From Eledone cirrhosa (lineage: Eukaryota), in NCBI GenBank assembly GCA_964016885.1, contig OZ024756.1, forward strand, positions 31,062,001 through 31,126,000: a stretch of DNA of 64,000 nucleotides, given 5' to 3'. The position numbers were made by a program, and so were the translations under genes. The first letter of the stretch is position 1; every line of letters starts with the position of its first letter. Shown one piece after another: positions 45,123 through 60,692 of the stretch. The notes under the pieces were generated by a model, which ran no database searches, was not told the DNA's origin, and was given only the letters and a program-made list of their open reading frames with translations.

Positions 45123-45417
45123 CGTGTTATAATAAATAACGAAATAGAATAAAAATGATATTGAAAATATTATCTGCTTGTATGACCTGTAGATACGTGT
45201 GGAAATGATTCACACACACAGACAGAGAGAGAGAGAATGAGACGAAGAAAACAAACACACACATACACTCATACACACATACACTCATACACACATACAC
45301 TCATACACACATTCATGGATATGAATATTTATGTTTCATTCCCCATATTAAGATAATGTGAATACCAGATGATTATGTCTTACGGACAATATTCATATAT
45401 ATATATGAATATGTATA

Positions 45418-45581
<164 letters not shown>

Positions 45582-45693
45582 CATATATATATGTATACAC
45601 AGATATATATACATATATATATGTATACACAGATATATATATATATATATATGTGTGGGTATGTATATATATAAATATATATATATATATATG

Positions 45694-45805
<112 letters not shown>

Positions 45806-46130
45806 GTATGTGTGTGAAAAATGCATACAAAATGGCCGCTCAATCAACCAACCGTCTGTGTCCACCTACCTATCTTTTGCTTCTGGATTACAATACATAT
45901 TTACATTGTGACTTTATATTAAGAATTTTATAATATCTCTATAAAGCAAAACATGCACAAGCATATATACGTATATATATATATATATGTAAGCTTATAT
46001 ATATACATTCATTTAGCAAAAGAGCAGTTATTACAATGGTAGAAACTAAACTTTTATGAAGATTGCGCCAAAAGCCCTGTTACAACTGCCAGGCCAACAG
46101 ACTCCGGCGTAATTGGCCAGTGGTCCTTCC

Positions 46131-46161
<31 letters not shown>

Positions 46162-46169
46162 ATATATTT

Positions 46170-46228
<59 letters not shown>

Positions 46229-46232
<4 letters not shown>

Positions 46233-46342
46233 GCTCAGCTGTCGGGGTCTTACTGGTTCCTATTACCCACTCTACTACCCCAAGTATTGAGTACTTTGGT
46301 GCGTTATGGTCCACCTGGTTCCTTACCACATTTCCTTCGTTA
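46229..46342 (+). mobile_element. Family C, 5'-truncated copy between (TA)n tracts
   Basis: gagctcagctgtcggggtcttactggttcctattacccactctactacc...catttccttcgtta. Confidence 0.85.
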
Positions 46343-46958
46343 TATATATATATATATATATATATATAATGTATACATGTATAGATATGCATTCGTTTTT
46401 TTAATAACATTCCCATACATAATAGTGTTATGAGGGTAGAGCATTCTAGAAACCAATCAACTAATTTTCTGCGGCGTGTGAAATCAACACGCAATGACTG
46501 GATATTGAAGAGTCACGTGTACACAAGACGTCATTGTCAGACTAAATAACTGCGACAAAATGTGAAAATGTGTAATATATAATACTCGGCTTTTGAATTG
46601 TCCATTAGATAGTCTTACTAATACTTTTTCTCATTGTTATATATATGCATATTGAATATTAGAGAATAATAGAATGGAGCACAGGCTCAGAAATTGACAC
46701 ACACACATTCATGTATATATATATGTGTGTGTGTGTGTGTGAGTGTGTGTGTGTGTGTGTGTGTACATGTGTGTATTTATATACATATATATGCACACAT
46801 ATTGAAGTATATATAAATGTATATATATATATAAATATATATATATATATTGTTATACTTTGGGAGGGTCATGTTGCCAAATACAGAAACGATATATATA
46901 TATATATATATATTTATATATGTGTATATATATATGTATATATATATATAATTGTATA

Positions 46959-47010
<52 letters not shown>

Positions 47011-47065
47011 TGTGTCTATATATATATATATACATATGTACTTATATTCATACATTCATATATGC

Positions 47066-47103
<38 letters not shown>

Positions 47104-47149
47104 GCATATATATATACATATGTATATTCATTAATTCATATATACACAA

Positions 47150-47189
<40 letters not shown>

Positions 47190-47661
47190 AAAGGTAAGTT
47201 CTACACGTGATTAATAGCTAAACACAGCTACACCTAAGGACATTATTTTTGCTAAAGAAACGATTCGGAGCGAATTACATAACATAATTCACAACATAAT
47301 ATCGTCTATATTGAATTTATTTCCACACGGAGACCTATGAAAGAATATTATATCTCTATGGCATAATATATTTCTATCATAACGACTCATGAAATATTAT
47401 TTTATGAGATATTCGGCTTGTTATCATTATTTGGTTGAAAATAATGAAAAAAAAAAAAAAAAAAGTTTTGTTACTGATTGGTGGAGTCTCTAGAATGGCG
47501 GTCTTATTATTTATTTTGTTGTTGCTGTTATTGTTGTAGTTGTTACAGTATCTTTGAAATTGTTGCATTTGTTATTGTTTAAAATCAAGTCTGGAAGAGA
47601 TTTTTGCTTCTTCGTTATAAAAGCCATGTCTAAAATATCATATTCAATAACACATGACATA

Positions 47662-47752
47662 CTGGTTAGTGTGTTTGTCTAACATCCATATAGAGGTGTG
47701 TTCGATTCCTCGCAGATCGTTTTGTCCTTGAGCAAGATACTTTATTTCAAGA
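47662..47752 (+). mobile_element. SINE family 2 degraded head
   Basis: tggttagtgtg..gttcgattcct..tgtccttgagcaagatactttatttca. Confidence 0.65.
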
Positions 47753-47845
47753 TAATCCAATCATTTCAGTCCTATTCTAGAAGTTTATAATCTCTATTAG
47801 CAATTGCCATAACATAAGGGTGGGAAATAAATATATATATATATA

Positions 47846-48304
47846 TACGATATTAAACAAATGGAAACTATATTTATAAAACCTTATTTATTTCATTATA
47901 TATATTTCAGGGATATCATATTAAAAATATGGTATGCCTTCCTCAGACAAAATACAATATATAAACCGTTTTATAAATAAATTTGACATACCTTAAACAG
48001 TGCAACTTCCATTTAAAAAGTTGATTTGGTACCAAATCAACTTTTTAAATGGAAGTTGCACTGTTTAAGGTATGTCAAATTTATTTATAAGACGGTTTAT
48101 ATATTGTATTTTGTCTGAGGAAGGCATACCATATTTTTAATATGATATCCCTGAAATATATATAATGAAATAAATATGGTTTTATAAATATAGTTTCCAT
48201 TTGTTTAATATCGTAAACCTACTCCAAAACCTGTTGAGTGCTTTTATATCAGTTATAAAATATTTACTCGTTGTAACCCAACAATTTTAAATAAAACTTT
48301 TGCA
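47846..48304 (+). mobile_element. HHR-bearing fold-back element (family B): 185-bp-arm palindrome 47846-48215 centred on ggtacc, plus ~88 bp tail
   Basis: No spacer, ~2 arm mismatches, (TA)n on both sides. Homologous to 7497-7880. Confidence 0.9.
48107..48172 (+). ncRNA. Type I hammerhead ribozyme motif (mirror copy on minus strand 47889-47954)
   Basis: tattttgt CTGAGGA aggcataccatatttttaatatgatatccct GAAA tatata TA atgaaata. Confidence 0.85.
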
Positions 48305-48558
48305 TATATATATATATATACATATATACATCAGGTCCGTACACAATTGAACCAAACTCCCATTCAGCACGCGTGTTTCTTAAAGGGTCATTCTTACCAC
48401 ACGATGTATCACGTTGAATCACCTCGAGAATTACGTCAAGGATACACGTGTTTATGAAATTCTCTGACACTTGTTAATTCCACACGCATTCATAATTTCT
48501 TCTTATCAAATTATAACTAGTCGTAGTAGGTGAAGCATAACGAAGAAAATGATTTTTT

Positions 48559-48591
48559 GTGATGATGATGATGGTGATGATGATGATGGTG

Positions 48592-48623
<32 letters not shown>

Positions 48624-48810
48624 GTGATGATGATGATGGTGATGTGATGACGATGATGATGGTGATGGTGATGATGGTGATGATGGTGGTGATGGTGACG
48701 TGATGATGATGGTGGTGGTGATGATGATGATGGTGGTGATGATGATGGTGATGATGATGATGATGATGATGATGATGGTGATGATGATGGTGATGATGAT
48801 GATGATGATG

Positions 48811-48871
<61 letters not shown>

Positions 48872-48897
48872 TATGATGATGATGATGATGTTTTTTT

Positions 48898-48934
<37 letters not shown>

Positions 48935-49094
48935 CGATGACGATGGTGATGGTGATGGTGGTGATGTGATGATGATGATTAGAATAATGATGATTATCAT
49001 TAGTAGTGCTAGCAGGAGCAGCAACAATAGTAGTATTATTATTAGTTATAGTAGTAGTAGCAGTAGTAGCAGCAGTAGCAACAGCAGCAGCAGC

Positions 49095-49138
<44 letters not shown>

Positions 49139-49157
49139 CAAGAGTAGTAGTAGCAAC

Positions 49158-49204
<47 letters not shown>

Positions 49205-49238
49205 CAGTAGTAGCAGCAGTAGCAACAGCAGCAGCAGC

Positions 49239-49281
<43 letters not shown>

Positions 49282-49282
49282 A
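48559..49282. repeat. (GAT/GGT)n then (AGT/AGC)n trinucleotide tracts
   Basis: Direct inspection. Confidence 0.95.
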
Positions 49283-49719
49283 TTGTTGCTGCTGTGTTAT
49301 CATTAGCTTACAAAACAAACGCAGCAATATATATCATCTTGTTACAAGTTTTATGTTTAATTTCATTGTTCGGTGTGACAGGGGAATCTATTGAAGTTAG
49401 ACATAATCAAAACAAAATATTTCAGCAAGATCTGAACGAGTGATGTTGATTATATTTTAGGTCAATGGCAAAAATACAAACATTTTTAGTTTCACTACTA
49501 ATCAGCTATTTCTATAACGTTTTGTTGTTGTGGTTTTTTTCTGAATTTACTAAAAGTTGCAACTTGGTAGAGGTGTTAGAGCGCTCGATAGAATCTTTGT
49601 GGCACTTGTCTCGGTTCGCTTCTCTTCAAGTTCGAATCCCACTGAGACCAACTTTGTATTTCATCCTTTCCTTCTTTTATAAGAAGCAGGGACGTGCTTT
49701 TTTTTCTCTCTCTCTTCTT

Positions 49720-50616
<897 letters not shown>

Positions 50617-50650
50617 AAAACACTGATTTTTTTTTCATAAGCATTAAAAA

Positions 50651-50837
50651 GATCGATCGACTTTCGTCTAATCGGATCGAGAAAACAATGTTTTCGTCGG
50701 TCTTTCCAGTTGCTAGTACTATCTATCGGTCGCAGTTCCAGGTAGATGGAGCAACGTGAAATAAAGTGTCTTGCTCAAGGACATAACGCATCGCCCGGTC
50801 CAGAAATCGAACTCACAACCTCAAGATTGTGAATCCA
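50651..50837 (-). mobile_element. SINE family 2, 5'-truncated
   Basis: gatcgatcgactttcgtc..ggagcaacgtgaaataaagtgtcttgctcaaggacataacgcatcgcccggtcc..gaactcacaacc. Confidence 0.9.
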
Positions 50838-51045
50838 GAAGCATACAGAGGATTAAAATCCAGTAGATGATATACGGAGAGATGGGGAGGGTGAGAGAGA
50901 TGGGGGCGATGACAGTGGGAGTTCGGCTTTTCTTTCATGTTTACTTAGGTTACTATTTTCTATGTTATACAAATAGTTCATTAGTCAGAATATCAGAATG
51001 TCAAATGGTAAAAGGTCGAAGATATAGTTATCTATATTAGAAAGA

Positions 51046-51235
51046 TAATTGTTTCTACTATTGGCACAAGGCCAGCAATTATCCCAGTACATTACTGGTA
51101 CTTTATTTTATCGACCCCGTAAGGATGAAAGGCAAAGTTAACCTCGGCGGGATTTGAACTCAGAACATAAAGTGGCGTAACTCAATGCTGCAGAGCATGG
51201 TGTCCGACCTTCTACCGATACTGCCAATGCCCCGC
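51046..51235 (-). mobile_element. SINE family 1, full length
   Basis: ataattgtttctac..gcatggtgtccgaccttctaccgatactgccaat. Confidence 0.9.
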
Positions 51236-51970
51236 GTGGTAAAGCTAGACTAATTTTTCATTCATCAAAGTATGACATTTCGGGAGAAATTTGCCCGAAG
51301 TTCAAACATAAAGAAGACAACATATTTGACAGAAAAACAGTGAGGCAAAGCTGAAATAGATAAAATCGTATCACATCGTTTTGACAGGACCGTGTATTTA
51401 GCTACTTCATATTACAGCATACAAACACATTTGCCTATACACTATACATATCTTAAACACAGGTTTTAGTTTCTTATTAAAGTTAATTCGAATAAACTAA
51501 GTTGGTGCCAAATTTCTAACAAGATTTTATCTGCCTTCCTAATTATTTTCTAATCTAACATCTTAGCTGGGTTTAATATCCACATTTGCGCAGGTTAATC
51601 AAAACTATCAAGACAACTTTTTCTATATATTTTATAGATTTTATAGATATTATAATCCATATTTGCATATTTTTTATTTTTATTTATTTATTTTTTTTTT
51701 TTACATACGGCTTCCAGATACTAGGTTCTAAAGCCAATAATTATAGATAAGATGTGACTTTAAGAGAAACCATGACAAGGTTTCATCGTGCTTTGCGGTT
51801 GCTTTTCTCTAATTCCTTTCCCTTGTACATTTAGCTATATTCTTATTTACCAGTTTCCATGTATTTATTGTTATTATGATTAGTTTTATTCTTATATATT
51901 TTTCGTTTCAAACTTATATTTATATTTGTTAATTTAAATTACACACACACATATATATATTTCGTTTTTT

Positions 51971-52010
<40 letters not shown>

Positions 52011-52133
52011 AACAAACACAAACACATATGCAAACAAATACAAACACATACATATGCACACATGCACACGCACACACACACATACGCATACACACACACA
52101 TATATATATATACATATATATTACACAAATATA

Positions 52134-52189
<56 letters not shown>

Positions 52190-52241
52190 GAGAGAGGGAG
52201 AAAGACAGAAAGACATGCGTATATGCATACATTTATATATG

Positions 52242-52321
<80 letters not shown>

Positions 52322-52830
52322 GTGGCAGTATCAGTAGAAGGTCGGACGCCATGCTTTGCAGCATAGAGTTACGCCCCTTTATGGTGTGAGTTCAAATCCC
52401 GCCGAGGTTCACTTTGCCTTTCATCCTGACGGGGGTCGATAAAATAAAGTACCATTAATGTACTGGGGTAATTGCTGGCCTTGTGCCAAAAGTAGAAACA
52501 ATGATTTTGTAACCACGTTTCTTATGCAATTCCATAACTCATGTGTTCCAGGTTATTATGAAAATATTAAAGAATTTGGATGAATTTAGTAAAATTGCTT
52601 AGCTTTTTTCATGATTAAGTTGATGTTTGAGCGTCAGACAATATACTTCGTGGCATACGGTTAGGGCTGCTCACCCTCTGAGTTCAAATCCCGCCGAGTT
52701 TAACATTGCCTTTCATTCTTACGTGTTGGATAAAATACGATACCCGCAATGGACTGAGGTCGATTTAATCGACTTTCTCCGAAAAAAAAAAAAAATGTTT
52801 GGCCTTATGTCTAAAGTAGAAACTATTATT
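52322..52830 (+). mobile_element. SINE family 1 (52322-52505) with ~78 bp 3' extension, followed by an older copy (~52630-52830)
   Basis: tggcagtatcagtagaaggtcggacgccatgc..agaaacaatgatt, then ttgtaaccacgtttcttatgc..gaatttggatga. Confidence 0.85.
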
Positions 52831-53794
52831 AATTTATTTATAAGTTGTACACAATTAAACGGTTAATTATGTTTTTCATTCAAGTGGATCCTATATCGTG
52901 AATAACTTCAAGGGGGATGGATAAGATGGAGGGAATCAGAATAACTTGTCGCTATTGATAATGAACACAACCAGAAGGATATGGTCCGAATTTGAAAGAG
53001 CCGAACTCCCATGGTCACCGCCTCGCTCCATCTCGGTTGCCCTCCCCAATTCTCTGTATGGTGAGTAAATGGGGTCTCACGTGGTGGCCTCCCCACAGCC
53101 CCGGCGGACAGAATAGAGAAGGCGTTCCATCGGAGGATGGCAAGGGAGATGCGTTACTTAACAAAAGCTTCTTAAATAAAATTAAAACCCTTTAAAAAGA
53201 GGCAATTTTGTATCATAAAACTAGAGGTGGTTTCAGGCGGTCGGATATCAAAAATGTTTTAAACAAAATGCTAGATATTTCAGAAATGACTTAGTAATGT
53301 TTAACGTTATCGACCATCTTATCTTTACTTCACATGAAATAAGAAAGAAAGAGGAGCATTCATATACTCATATATTAATGTATTGATATATTCAACGTTC
53401 TACTATATATCATATTCCGTTCTATAGTCTATCCTACTGGTCATTTGTATACAATCCATCTCCGGATTAGCGATATTTTCCTTTGAACGTAAGATCGATA
53501 AGGACACATATTCGTGATGTCTGTGAAGCTTTGGCAATAATCTTTATTCTCTCTGTCTTTCTGTAAAGCGCCGCCATATTTTCTTCATACGTCGTTGCTC
53601 TCTATCAAGTGGATAACTTTCTTCTCTTTCTCTCTACGACCAAATAACTCCCTTATCTTCTCTGTAATTCTACTTTCTATTGAAATATGCAGTGAATGAC
53701 ATACTAGTAGGTCTCTTAAGGAGATTACTTCTTTTTCCATATAAAGAATGGATGGACGTCTTTCTATTACTAACCTGGTCCTCTGGATAGAATA

Positions 53795-53885
<91 letters not shown>

Positions 53886-53900
53886 TTGTATATATATATA

Positions 53901-53950
<50 letters not shown>

Positions 53951-53988
53951 CGTGTGTGTATATATATATATATGTGCATATATATATA

Positions 53989-54030
<42 letters not shown>

Positions 54031-54170
54031 GACAGAAAGTGAGGAAGACAGAGAAAAAGATAAAAATTGAGATATGCGTACATATATGCGTACACATGTG
54101 TGTGCGTGCGTGTATATTTCTGTATATAATAATAAAAATAATAATGATAATAACAACAACAGCAATAATA

Positions 54171-54359
54171 ATAATTGTTTCTACTTTAGGCACAAGGCCA
54201 GCAATTCACCAGTGCATTACTGGTACTTTATTTTATCGACCCCGTAAGGATGAAAGGCAAAGTCAACCTCGGCGGGATTTGAACTCAGATCGTAATGGGA
54301 CGTAACTATGCTGGAAAGCATGGCGTCCGACCCTCTACCGATACTGCCAATCCACCGCC
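54171..54359 (-). mobile_element. SINE family 1, full length
   Basis: Reverse-complement match to the consensus. Confidence 0.9.
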
Positions 54360-54548
54360 ACTAATAATAATGAGAAGAAGAAGAAGAAGAAGAAGAAGAA
54401 GAAGAAGAAGAAGAAGAAGAAGAAGAAGAAGAAGAAGAAGAAGAAGAAGAAGAAGAAGAATGATATAACAATATAGTTAATATATATAGATGAGCTTCTT
54501 GACTTAAAGAACTCCACGCATAACTCTAACAGAAATAAATGTGTATTA

Positions 54549-54618
<70 letters not shown>

Positions 54619-54944
54619 CGTGTGTGTGCGTGTCTGTATGTGTATGTGTGGGTGTGTGGGTGTATGTATGTGTGTAAAAAGACTATTCTGCCCCATAGCA
54701 ATAATTTTGTAAGCTAATGAGAGCAGTACTACTAGTACTATTACTATCCATACAAACGGATCTGCTAACAAGTCTTCGGTAAACTCAAGTCTCTGAATAT
54801 ACTGTATAAAATACTAGTACTCAAAAGGCCATACAATGGGATCGACCGCAGCAAGGGAGGGTTGTCATGGTTTCAAAGCAAGCATCCTCATTTAGTCCTG
54901 CTACTTTTACACTGGCTCAAACTTGTACACTAAACCCTAATAGA

Positions 54945-55137
54945 ATAATTGTTTCTACTTTTGGCACAAGGCCAGCAAATAACCAGTGTATTACTGGTAC
55001 TTCATTTTATCGACCCCGTAAGGATGAAAGGCAAAGTTAATCTCGGCGTGATTTGAACTCAGAATGGCAAGGGCCGTAACTCTATGCGACAAAGCATGGC
55101 ATTCGACCTTCTAGCGATACTGCCAATCCACCGCCCT
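54945..55137 (-). mobile_element. SINE family 1, full length
   Basis: Reverse-complement match to the consensus. Confidence 0.9.
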
Positions 55138-55459
55138 AATAAAATAATCTAGTCTGAAATGTTTTGCTTATTGGTTTGTCATAGGTCTGAAACACTCGTC
55201 ATGGAAACCGATGGAGGCCCAATTCAAACACGCAATCACACATGCACACACACACACACACACACACAAATACATACACACATGCTCATACATACACACA
55301 TACACACATACACACAATCACACATGTTCATACATACACCCATACACAGATACACAGATGCACATACACGCTCACACATGCACATACATGCACATATACA
55401 CACGCACACACATACACAAATACCACTTGATGTCACTACACGCCCTGTTATTGTTTGTC

Positions 55460-55900
55460 ATCATTATCATAATCCTTCGGCGTCCTCAGCCAAAATTTAC
55501 TCAACAATTGCTCTCCACGTGGGTCTGTCGTTCATTGCCGTTGCCAAGTTCTGTATTTCAATACCAGAATCTCTGGAGGTGACACCGAGATAGGAGAGCT
55601 TGCGTCCTCTTTTATTAGTGACTGCTTGTAGTTTCAAAAACACTAATGGGCACACAGCCTCATAGGTTGCAAGATGGTAGTGGCCAGCAAATCGGGATAG
55701 GAGAGCTTGTGCGCCCCTGTTGTTATTGACTGCCTCTGGTTTCCAAAGTACTAATGGGGACACAGCCTCATAGGTGGCAAGATGGCAGTGGCCAGCAAAT
55801 CAAAATCTTACTCTCCTTTTACGTACAACGACAGATATGCGTGGTAAGCCGGCATAGATTTCTTTTAAAGTCAGATGTCGTCAGCTTATTGTTTGTACTA
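55460..55900 (-). mobile_element. RTE-clade non-LTR retrotransposon 3' fragment with an internal ~108 bp tandem duplication
   Basis: Minus-strand translation IS*RHLTLKEIYAGLPRISVVVRKRRVRF / RFAGHYHLATYEAVCPLVFLK..RGRKLSYLGVTSRDSGIEIQNLATAMNDRPTWRAIVE* has the RTE C-terminal motifs (R.RFAGH, RGR, AM.DR..WR), followed by a short 3' UTR and TGA/TAA-rich tail. Confidence 0.8.
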
Positions 55901-56486
55901 ACACCCAAGCTTAGCTTTTATAGCCTCAATACCGTTACAAGTCTTTTTGATCTATTATTCCATTTTACGTACAATCATTAATTGTTAATCATTTACAATA
56001 ACTTTAAGATAAAATTAACAACATTTATCGCATTAAGTTACTGTCATTCATAAGTATTGACGAATTTCACACTTCACTGAAATGATATTCAATATATGCA
56101 ATCGATTTTAGTATTGCATTAAAATCGATCCTTTCTCTATATAGTAGGTCTTTCGCTTATTAAGAAGTCACATTTGAACGAGTTCGCTGCTTAACGTTGT
56201 ATAATTCGCTTAGCCTTATCATTTAATGTATCTTAAAACGAGCTTAAATTCATTATTATAGACGTTTATGCTTTAATGTTCGACTATTATTTCTGCCGGA
56301 AACTGTTGCTATGACACCCGGGTTAAAGAGCTAATCGCCAGAAATATTAATAGGTTACGCCTAGTTTCTCTGAACTTCCGGTCTAGTAGTATTTCTAATA
56401 ATTACATATAGTTAGTTGTTAGATAGAATAAACTGATTTAATTTGACAAAATATACATTTACATTTCATTATTATATGTATCAAAT

Positions 56487-56960
56487 AGGGCGGTGGATTG
56501 GCAGTATCGGTAGAGAGTCGGACGCCTTGCTTTGCAACATAGAGTTACGGTCCTATATGATCTGAATTCAAATCCCGTCGAGATTAACTTTGCCTTTCAT
56601 CCTTACGGGGTCGATAAAATAAAGCACCAGTAATGTACTGTGGTCGGATTATTCCACTTTCCCCTCCCCCAAGTTGCTGTCTTTGTGCCTATACTAGAAG
56701 TCATTGTACTGGGTAAATGCTGGCCTTGTGCCAAAAGTAGAAACAATTATTATATATATGAAGCAGGGCGGTTGATTGGCAGCTTTGGTAGAGAGTCGAA
56801 CAACATGCTGTGCAGCATAGAGTTACGGACCTTTACGTTCTGAGTCCAAATCCCGCCGAGGTTAACTTTGCCTTTCATCCTTACGGGGTCGATAAAATAA
56901 AGTACCAGTAATGCATTGGGATAATTGCTGGCCTTGTGCCAAAAGTAGAAACAATTATTA
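56487..56960 (+). mobile_element. Two tandem SINE family 1 copies (56487-56750, 56766-56960)
   Basis: Two heads gggcgg(t/tt)gattggcag, central domains and tails. Confidence 0.9.
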
Positions 56961-57570
56961 CACTTATGATAACGGAAGTGGATTGGCAGAATCATTAGAG
57001 AAACAGATATCATGTTTACGGCATAGAGTTGCGATCCTTTACGTTCTACATACATACATCCATACGTATGTACCGGCATCCATGTAAACATAAAAATAAA
57101 ATCTTCAGAATATAAAATGGATGAATATATTCGGCACATAGTTATCGAAACCGCACCAAATACTAATAGTATAACATGGTAAATTTCACAGACATACCCA
57201 GCACCGATGTCAAATTAAATGGTAAAGTATATGTTGTACATTTTTCAGTGAATATAAAAGAAAATTATCTTAAATTCAAATTTGTAAAATTTTCTAAAAT
57301 TCATTTATTGTTACGCAATATTGTGGAAATTAAATAATATTTACATTTTCTTTGAAGTAAAAATAGTAAAAACAAAAAGTAAGGGGAAAATTGATTTAAT
57401 CAATTTTAAAATGTTTAAAAAAATGTTAAATGTGTGTAAAAGTAAGATGAAAATAGCCTAAATCAGATTTATATTTTTCAATTTTCTGCAAAATGAGAAA
57501 ATTAAACAAAAAATTATATCTAAATTCTATTTTCTATTGTTGAATACTTTATAGTTCATTATCATCATCA

Positions 57571-57651
<81 letters not shown>

Positions 57652-57652
57652 C

Positions 57653-57684
<32 letters not shown>

Positions 57685-57691
57685 GTATGTA

Positions 57692-57752
<61 letters not shown>

Positions 57753-57760
57753 ATATATAC

Positions 57761-57802
<42 letters not shown>

Positions 57803-57825
57803 GTATATATATATATATATATATA

Positions 57826-58177
57826 TCATCATCATCATTTCATCATCATTTTATTTTACGTCCGCTTTTTCCCTGCTTGCAAGGGTGGGACGGGAACTGA
57901 TGCTGGCTTGATTTCTACAGCTGGATGCCCTTCCTAACACCAACCTCATTTACAGTGAGTGCTGGGTGCTTTTTTGCCGTGGCACCTCCACGACCACTTT
58001 GCAGTGGAATGATAGGGACCCCAGCCCCTATCATCTCATTTCTACAGCTGAGTAAACTGGAGCAATGTGAAATAAAGTGTCTTGCTCAAGGAAACAACAC
58101 ATCACCCGGTCTGAGAATTGAACTCACAACCTTTCGATTGCAAGCCCAATGCTCTAACCACTAAGCCATGTGCCTCC
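57826..58177 (-). mobile_element. SINE with family-2 tRNA/CORE-like head, different 3' body (gttggtgttaggaagggcatccagc) and (GAT)n tail
   Basis: Head ggaggcacatggcttagtggttagagcattgg..gagttcaattctc..ttccttgagcaagacactt. Tail (CAT)n on plus strand at 57826-57849. Confidence 0.8.
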
Positions 58178-58191
58178 TATATATATATTTA

Positions 58192-58383
58192 TTTAATATA
58201 GATGAGTCTCTACAGGACTAGAACTGTTTCATTCTTTAGAAATCATCAGGAATCTCTGATGATTTCTAATGAATGAAACAGTTCTAGTCCTGTAGAATCT
58301 CATCTATATTAAAACTGTTATACTCTGCTTTGTATTGAGTACCTTACTTACTGTGGTTACCTCCGATTCAACCCGGAATAAAG
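58192..58383 (+). mobile_element. Family E fold-back element: palindrome 58192-58313 plus ~70 bp tail, with HHR-like motif on both strands
   Basis: CTGATGA tttctaatgaat GAAA cagttcta GTC ctgtagaatc at 58256-58300, mirror at 58205-58249. Tail actgttaTACTCTg. TA repeats on both sides. Confidence 0.8.
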
Positions 58384-58751
58384 TATATATATATATATAT
58401 ATATATATATTGCTACCCGAGGATGTTGAGCAGATTTAGACGGGTTTCGGGTTGCCATTTCTAACATCATTAAAAGCCTGTCGGATTGTCCTAATATATA
58501 GTGATGGATTGATGGATGTAGATTTAGTAATTGAATGACACACAATGTCGGATGCACTATACTGTTTCGACAACATGTCATGTGTAGTATGCATTCAATA
58601 GTTTCTCTACTTTCAAAGAATTTCCTTCCTGAAAATTAATTTTTTTTTCAAAATTGGCTGCCCGAAATTATTCAGCTATTTGGAATTGTTTCTCAATTCC
58701 AGACACTGTCTAACTTACATCCTATGTATATATATATATATATATATATAT

Positions 58752-58946
58752 AACGAAGGAAAAGTGGTAAGGAAGCAGATGGACCATAACGCACCAAAGT
58801 ACTCAATACTTAGGGTAGTAGAGTGGGTAATAGGAACGAGTAGTACCCCGACGGCTGAGCTCAAGCCGTTTCGACGGCTAATTCTGAGTCCAGAATTAGC
58901 TGTCGAAACGGCTTGAGCTCAGCCGTCGGGGTCCTACTCGTTCCTA
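58752..58946 (-). mobile_element. Family C fold-back copy (palindrome 58831-58946 plus tail 58752-58830)
   Basis: taggaacgagtagtaccccgacggctgagctcaagccgtttcgacggctaattctg agtc cagaattagctgtcgaaacggcttgagctcagccgtcggggtcctactcgttccta. Confidence 0.9.
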
Positions 58947-59129
58947 TATATATATATATATATATGGGCGAAACGTACGTAGGTGCTGTTTTAAATAAAC
59001 ATGTTTTAACGTCTATTCTCCGATTTCTTACTTTTCCACGTATATATATAAAACGCTTCACTCTTACTCCGTTGTTGTGAGTTTAGTATATTTAGCAGTC
59101 TCAGGTAGAACCTCATAACCAAATTTCAT

Positions 59130-59769
59130 CGCAGTTATTAATAAAACAAATTTGAAATTAATGCAACCAAGAATTCACAGCTCTAGCATCACTCCTTCAT
59201 AGTCAGCCTAACTTTTTTGCCGTTATTTCGATTATTAATACGAATAGTTGAAATTAATGTATGCAAGATTTCATAGAGCTAGCATCATTCGTTCATAGGT
59301 TGACCAAGATACTCTCATGGAATGACAAAATGAGGTTTATTCTTCAATACAGTTCCTGGAAAGAAACAATGTGGTTATTAATAAGAAGAGTTGAAATTAC
59401 CGCATGCAAGATTTCACAGCTCTAGCATCACTCTTTCGTAGTCACCCTATGAACCTTTTAGTCGTTATTGCAATTACTAATAAGAAGAGTTGAAATTAAT
59501 GCATGCAAGATTTCACAGCTCTAACATCACTCCTTCATAATCAGCCTATGAACATTTTAGTCGTTATTGCAGTTATTAATAAGAATAGTTGAAATAATTG
59601 CATGCAAGATTTCACAGCTCTAGCTTCACTCTTTCATAGTGAGATATGAACTGTTTAGTCATTATTTCAGTTATTAATAAGAAGAATTCGAATTAATGCA
59701 TGCAAGATTTCACAGCCCTAGCATCACTCCTTCATAGTCAGCCTATAAACCCTTTAGCCCGACTTTGTA
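59130..59769 (-). repeat. ~100-bp minisatellite derived from one half of the mariner MITE at 60487
   Basis: Unit gttattaataagaagagttgaaattaatgcatgcaagatttcacagctctagcatcactccttcatagtcagcctatgaac. Includes MITE interior at 59292-59375 and ends in TIR-like cagcctataaaccctttagcccgactttgta. Confidence 0.85.
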
Positions 59770-60119
59770 CAATTTATTTTATGTTTATATTTCTATGTAC
59801 ACACAACATAAAATTTATATATGAAATGTTCCAGGAAATATTTTAAATATTATTTTATGTCTCCAATATACGTTTCATAAATACAATTATATTCATGTTA
59901 ATTGTCCTAATTTGTTACATTTTCTGCTTGATTTCATTAGAAATATTTAATATTCTGGTATTGAATCTGTCATAAAAATTTTTCCTCTGATATTTAATAT
60001 AATTAATGATGTTGTTAATTAATTAAAATACACACGTATACACACACAAGCAAATGAGTATATATATATATATATGTATGTATGTGTATATATATATATA
60101 TGTATATGTATGTATATAA

Positions 60120-60252
<133 letters not shown>

Positions 60253-60272
60253 TATATATATATGTATGTATG

Positions 60273-60329
<57 letters not shown>

Positions 60330-60386
60330 TTGTATCGGTGTTCTTCCCTCTCATATATTCAATTGTATGTATATATATATATATTA

Positions 60387-60429
<43 letters not shown>

Positions 60430-60486
60430 ATGTATTTATATGTATATAAATATGTATACAGCTATATAATAGCTGTAGGTGACCTA

Positions 60487-60692
60487 CGAGTGTGGGCTTT
60501 AAAGGTGAAAAGTTCATAGGCTGATTATGTAAGACTTATGCTAGCGCTATGAAATCTTGCATCAATTATTTTCAACTCTCCTTATTACTAAATACATTGT
60601 TTCTTTCCAGAGTATATGATGGAAAATATACCTCATTTGGTCATTCCAGGATAGTATCTTGGTCAGCCTATGAAATGTTTAGCAGACCCTCG
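60487..60692. mobile_element. Tc1/mariner-type MITE
   Basis: TA|cgagtgtgggct..aaaagttcataggctga ... tcagcctatgaaatgtttagcagaccctcg|TA: imperfect TIRs and TA target duplication. Confidence 0.8.
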
